Shown here one piece after another: positions 63,932-64,000 of a stretch of 64,000 nt of DNA. The stretch's first letter is position 1, and every line of letters begins with the position of its first letter. Position numbers and translations under genes: made by a program. The notes under the pieces were generated by a model. It was not told the origin of the DNA, made no database searches, and worked only from the letters and a program-made list of their open reading frames with translations. Source of the stretch: a virus. Taxonomy: Duplodnaviria; Caudoviricetes. Where the stretch lies: IMG/VR virus record IMGVR_UViG_3300037258_000150, positions 35-64,034 of that record. The stretch is one strand, 5' to 3'.

Positions 63932-64000
63932 GCGGCTTGCCGAAGCTCTACGAAATCCTTGGCGACTTTCGCTCGCTCGAGCTTCTGGCCGAGGAGGACG
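63905..64000 (+). repeat. 96-bp direct terminal repeat identical to 1-96 (circular assembly overlap)
   Basis: gccgcatccgaagaggcccccacgtg...gaggaggacg occurs at both 1-96 and 63905-64000; it lies across the RecT-like/Gp157 gene junction. Confidence 0.97.

Larger units (their letters stand above)
1..64000. mobile_element. Complete or near-complete tailed phage genome (podovirus-like morphogenesis module), circularly permuted
   Basis: TerL, portal, capsid, nozzle, ejection, lysis and replication genes are present, there are no host housekeeping genes, and the end of the window repeats the start. Confidence 0.93.

Noticed and set aside
1-64000. Diversity-generating retroelement, retron or CRISPR array
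   Set aside because: I saw no reverse-transcriptase motifs, no adenine-variant TR/VR pair and no regularly spaced repeat-spacer array; this was a by-eye scan only
1-64000. Stop-codon reassignment
   Set aside because: Core genes are full length in the standard code, and TAA, TAG and TGA all end genes at coupled junctions
63905-64000. Biological direct terminal repeat
   Set aside because: It falls inside coding sequence far from the terminase region and may be cut by the window edge; an assembly overlap is more likely

Overview
The window appears to be an essentially complete, circularly permuted tailed-phage genome of about 63,904 bp: bases 63905-64000 repeat bases 1-96. It is GC-rich, and the host is probably a diderm, since the phage encodes lipoproteins and Sec/Tat signals. 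The plus-strand early arm (60859-63931, continuing through 1-9575) carries a RecT-like annealase, Gp157, an RNA-ligase-like protein, an HTH protein, a tyrosine recombinase, a Dam-like methylase and many small ORFs. The minus-strand arm runs Cro-like HTH, primase-polymerase/D5 helicase, probable origin, endonuclease, serine recombinase, TerS/TerL, portal, GroES-like protein, scaffold, capsid, podovirus-type adaptor/nozzle/ejection genes interrupted by homing endonucleases, a 10 kb fibre/adhesin cassette, and a lysis region with an M15 endolysin, a papain-like protein and a class 3 lipase. Two candidate undescribed systems stand out. (1) At least seven fibre/adhesin-type proteins in the structural region carry N-terminal Sec or Tat signal peptides, many have paired cysteines, and four share a three-heptad tag, suggesting appendages exported and assembled outside the cytoplasm. 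(2) A recurring xxxGG motif punctuates the predicted internal virion proteins and brackets cargo modules such as a Nudix hydrolase, suggesting a motif-directed packaging or polyprotein-processing system. All product calls come from recognising motifs by eye; no database searches were run.
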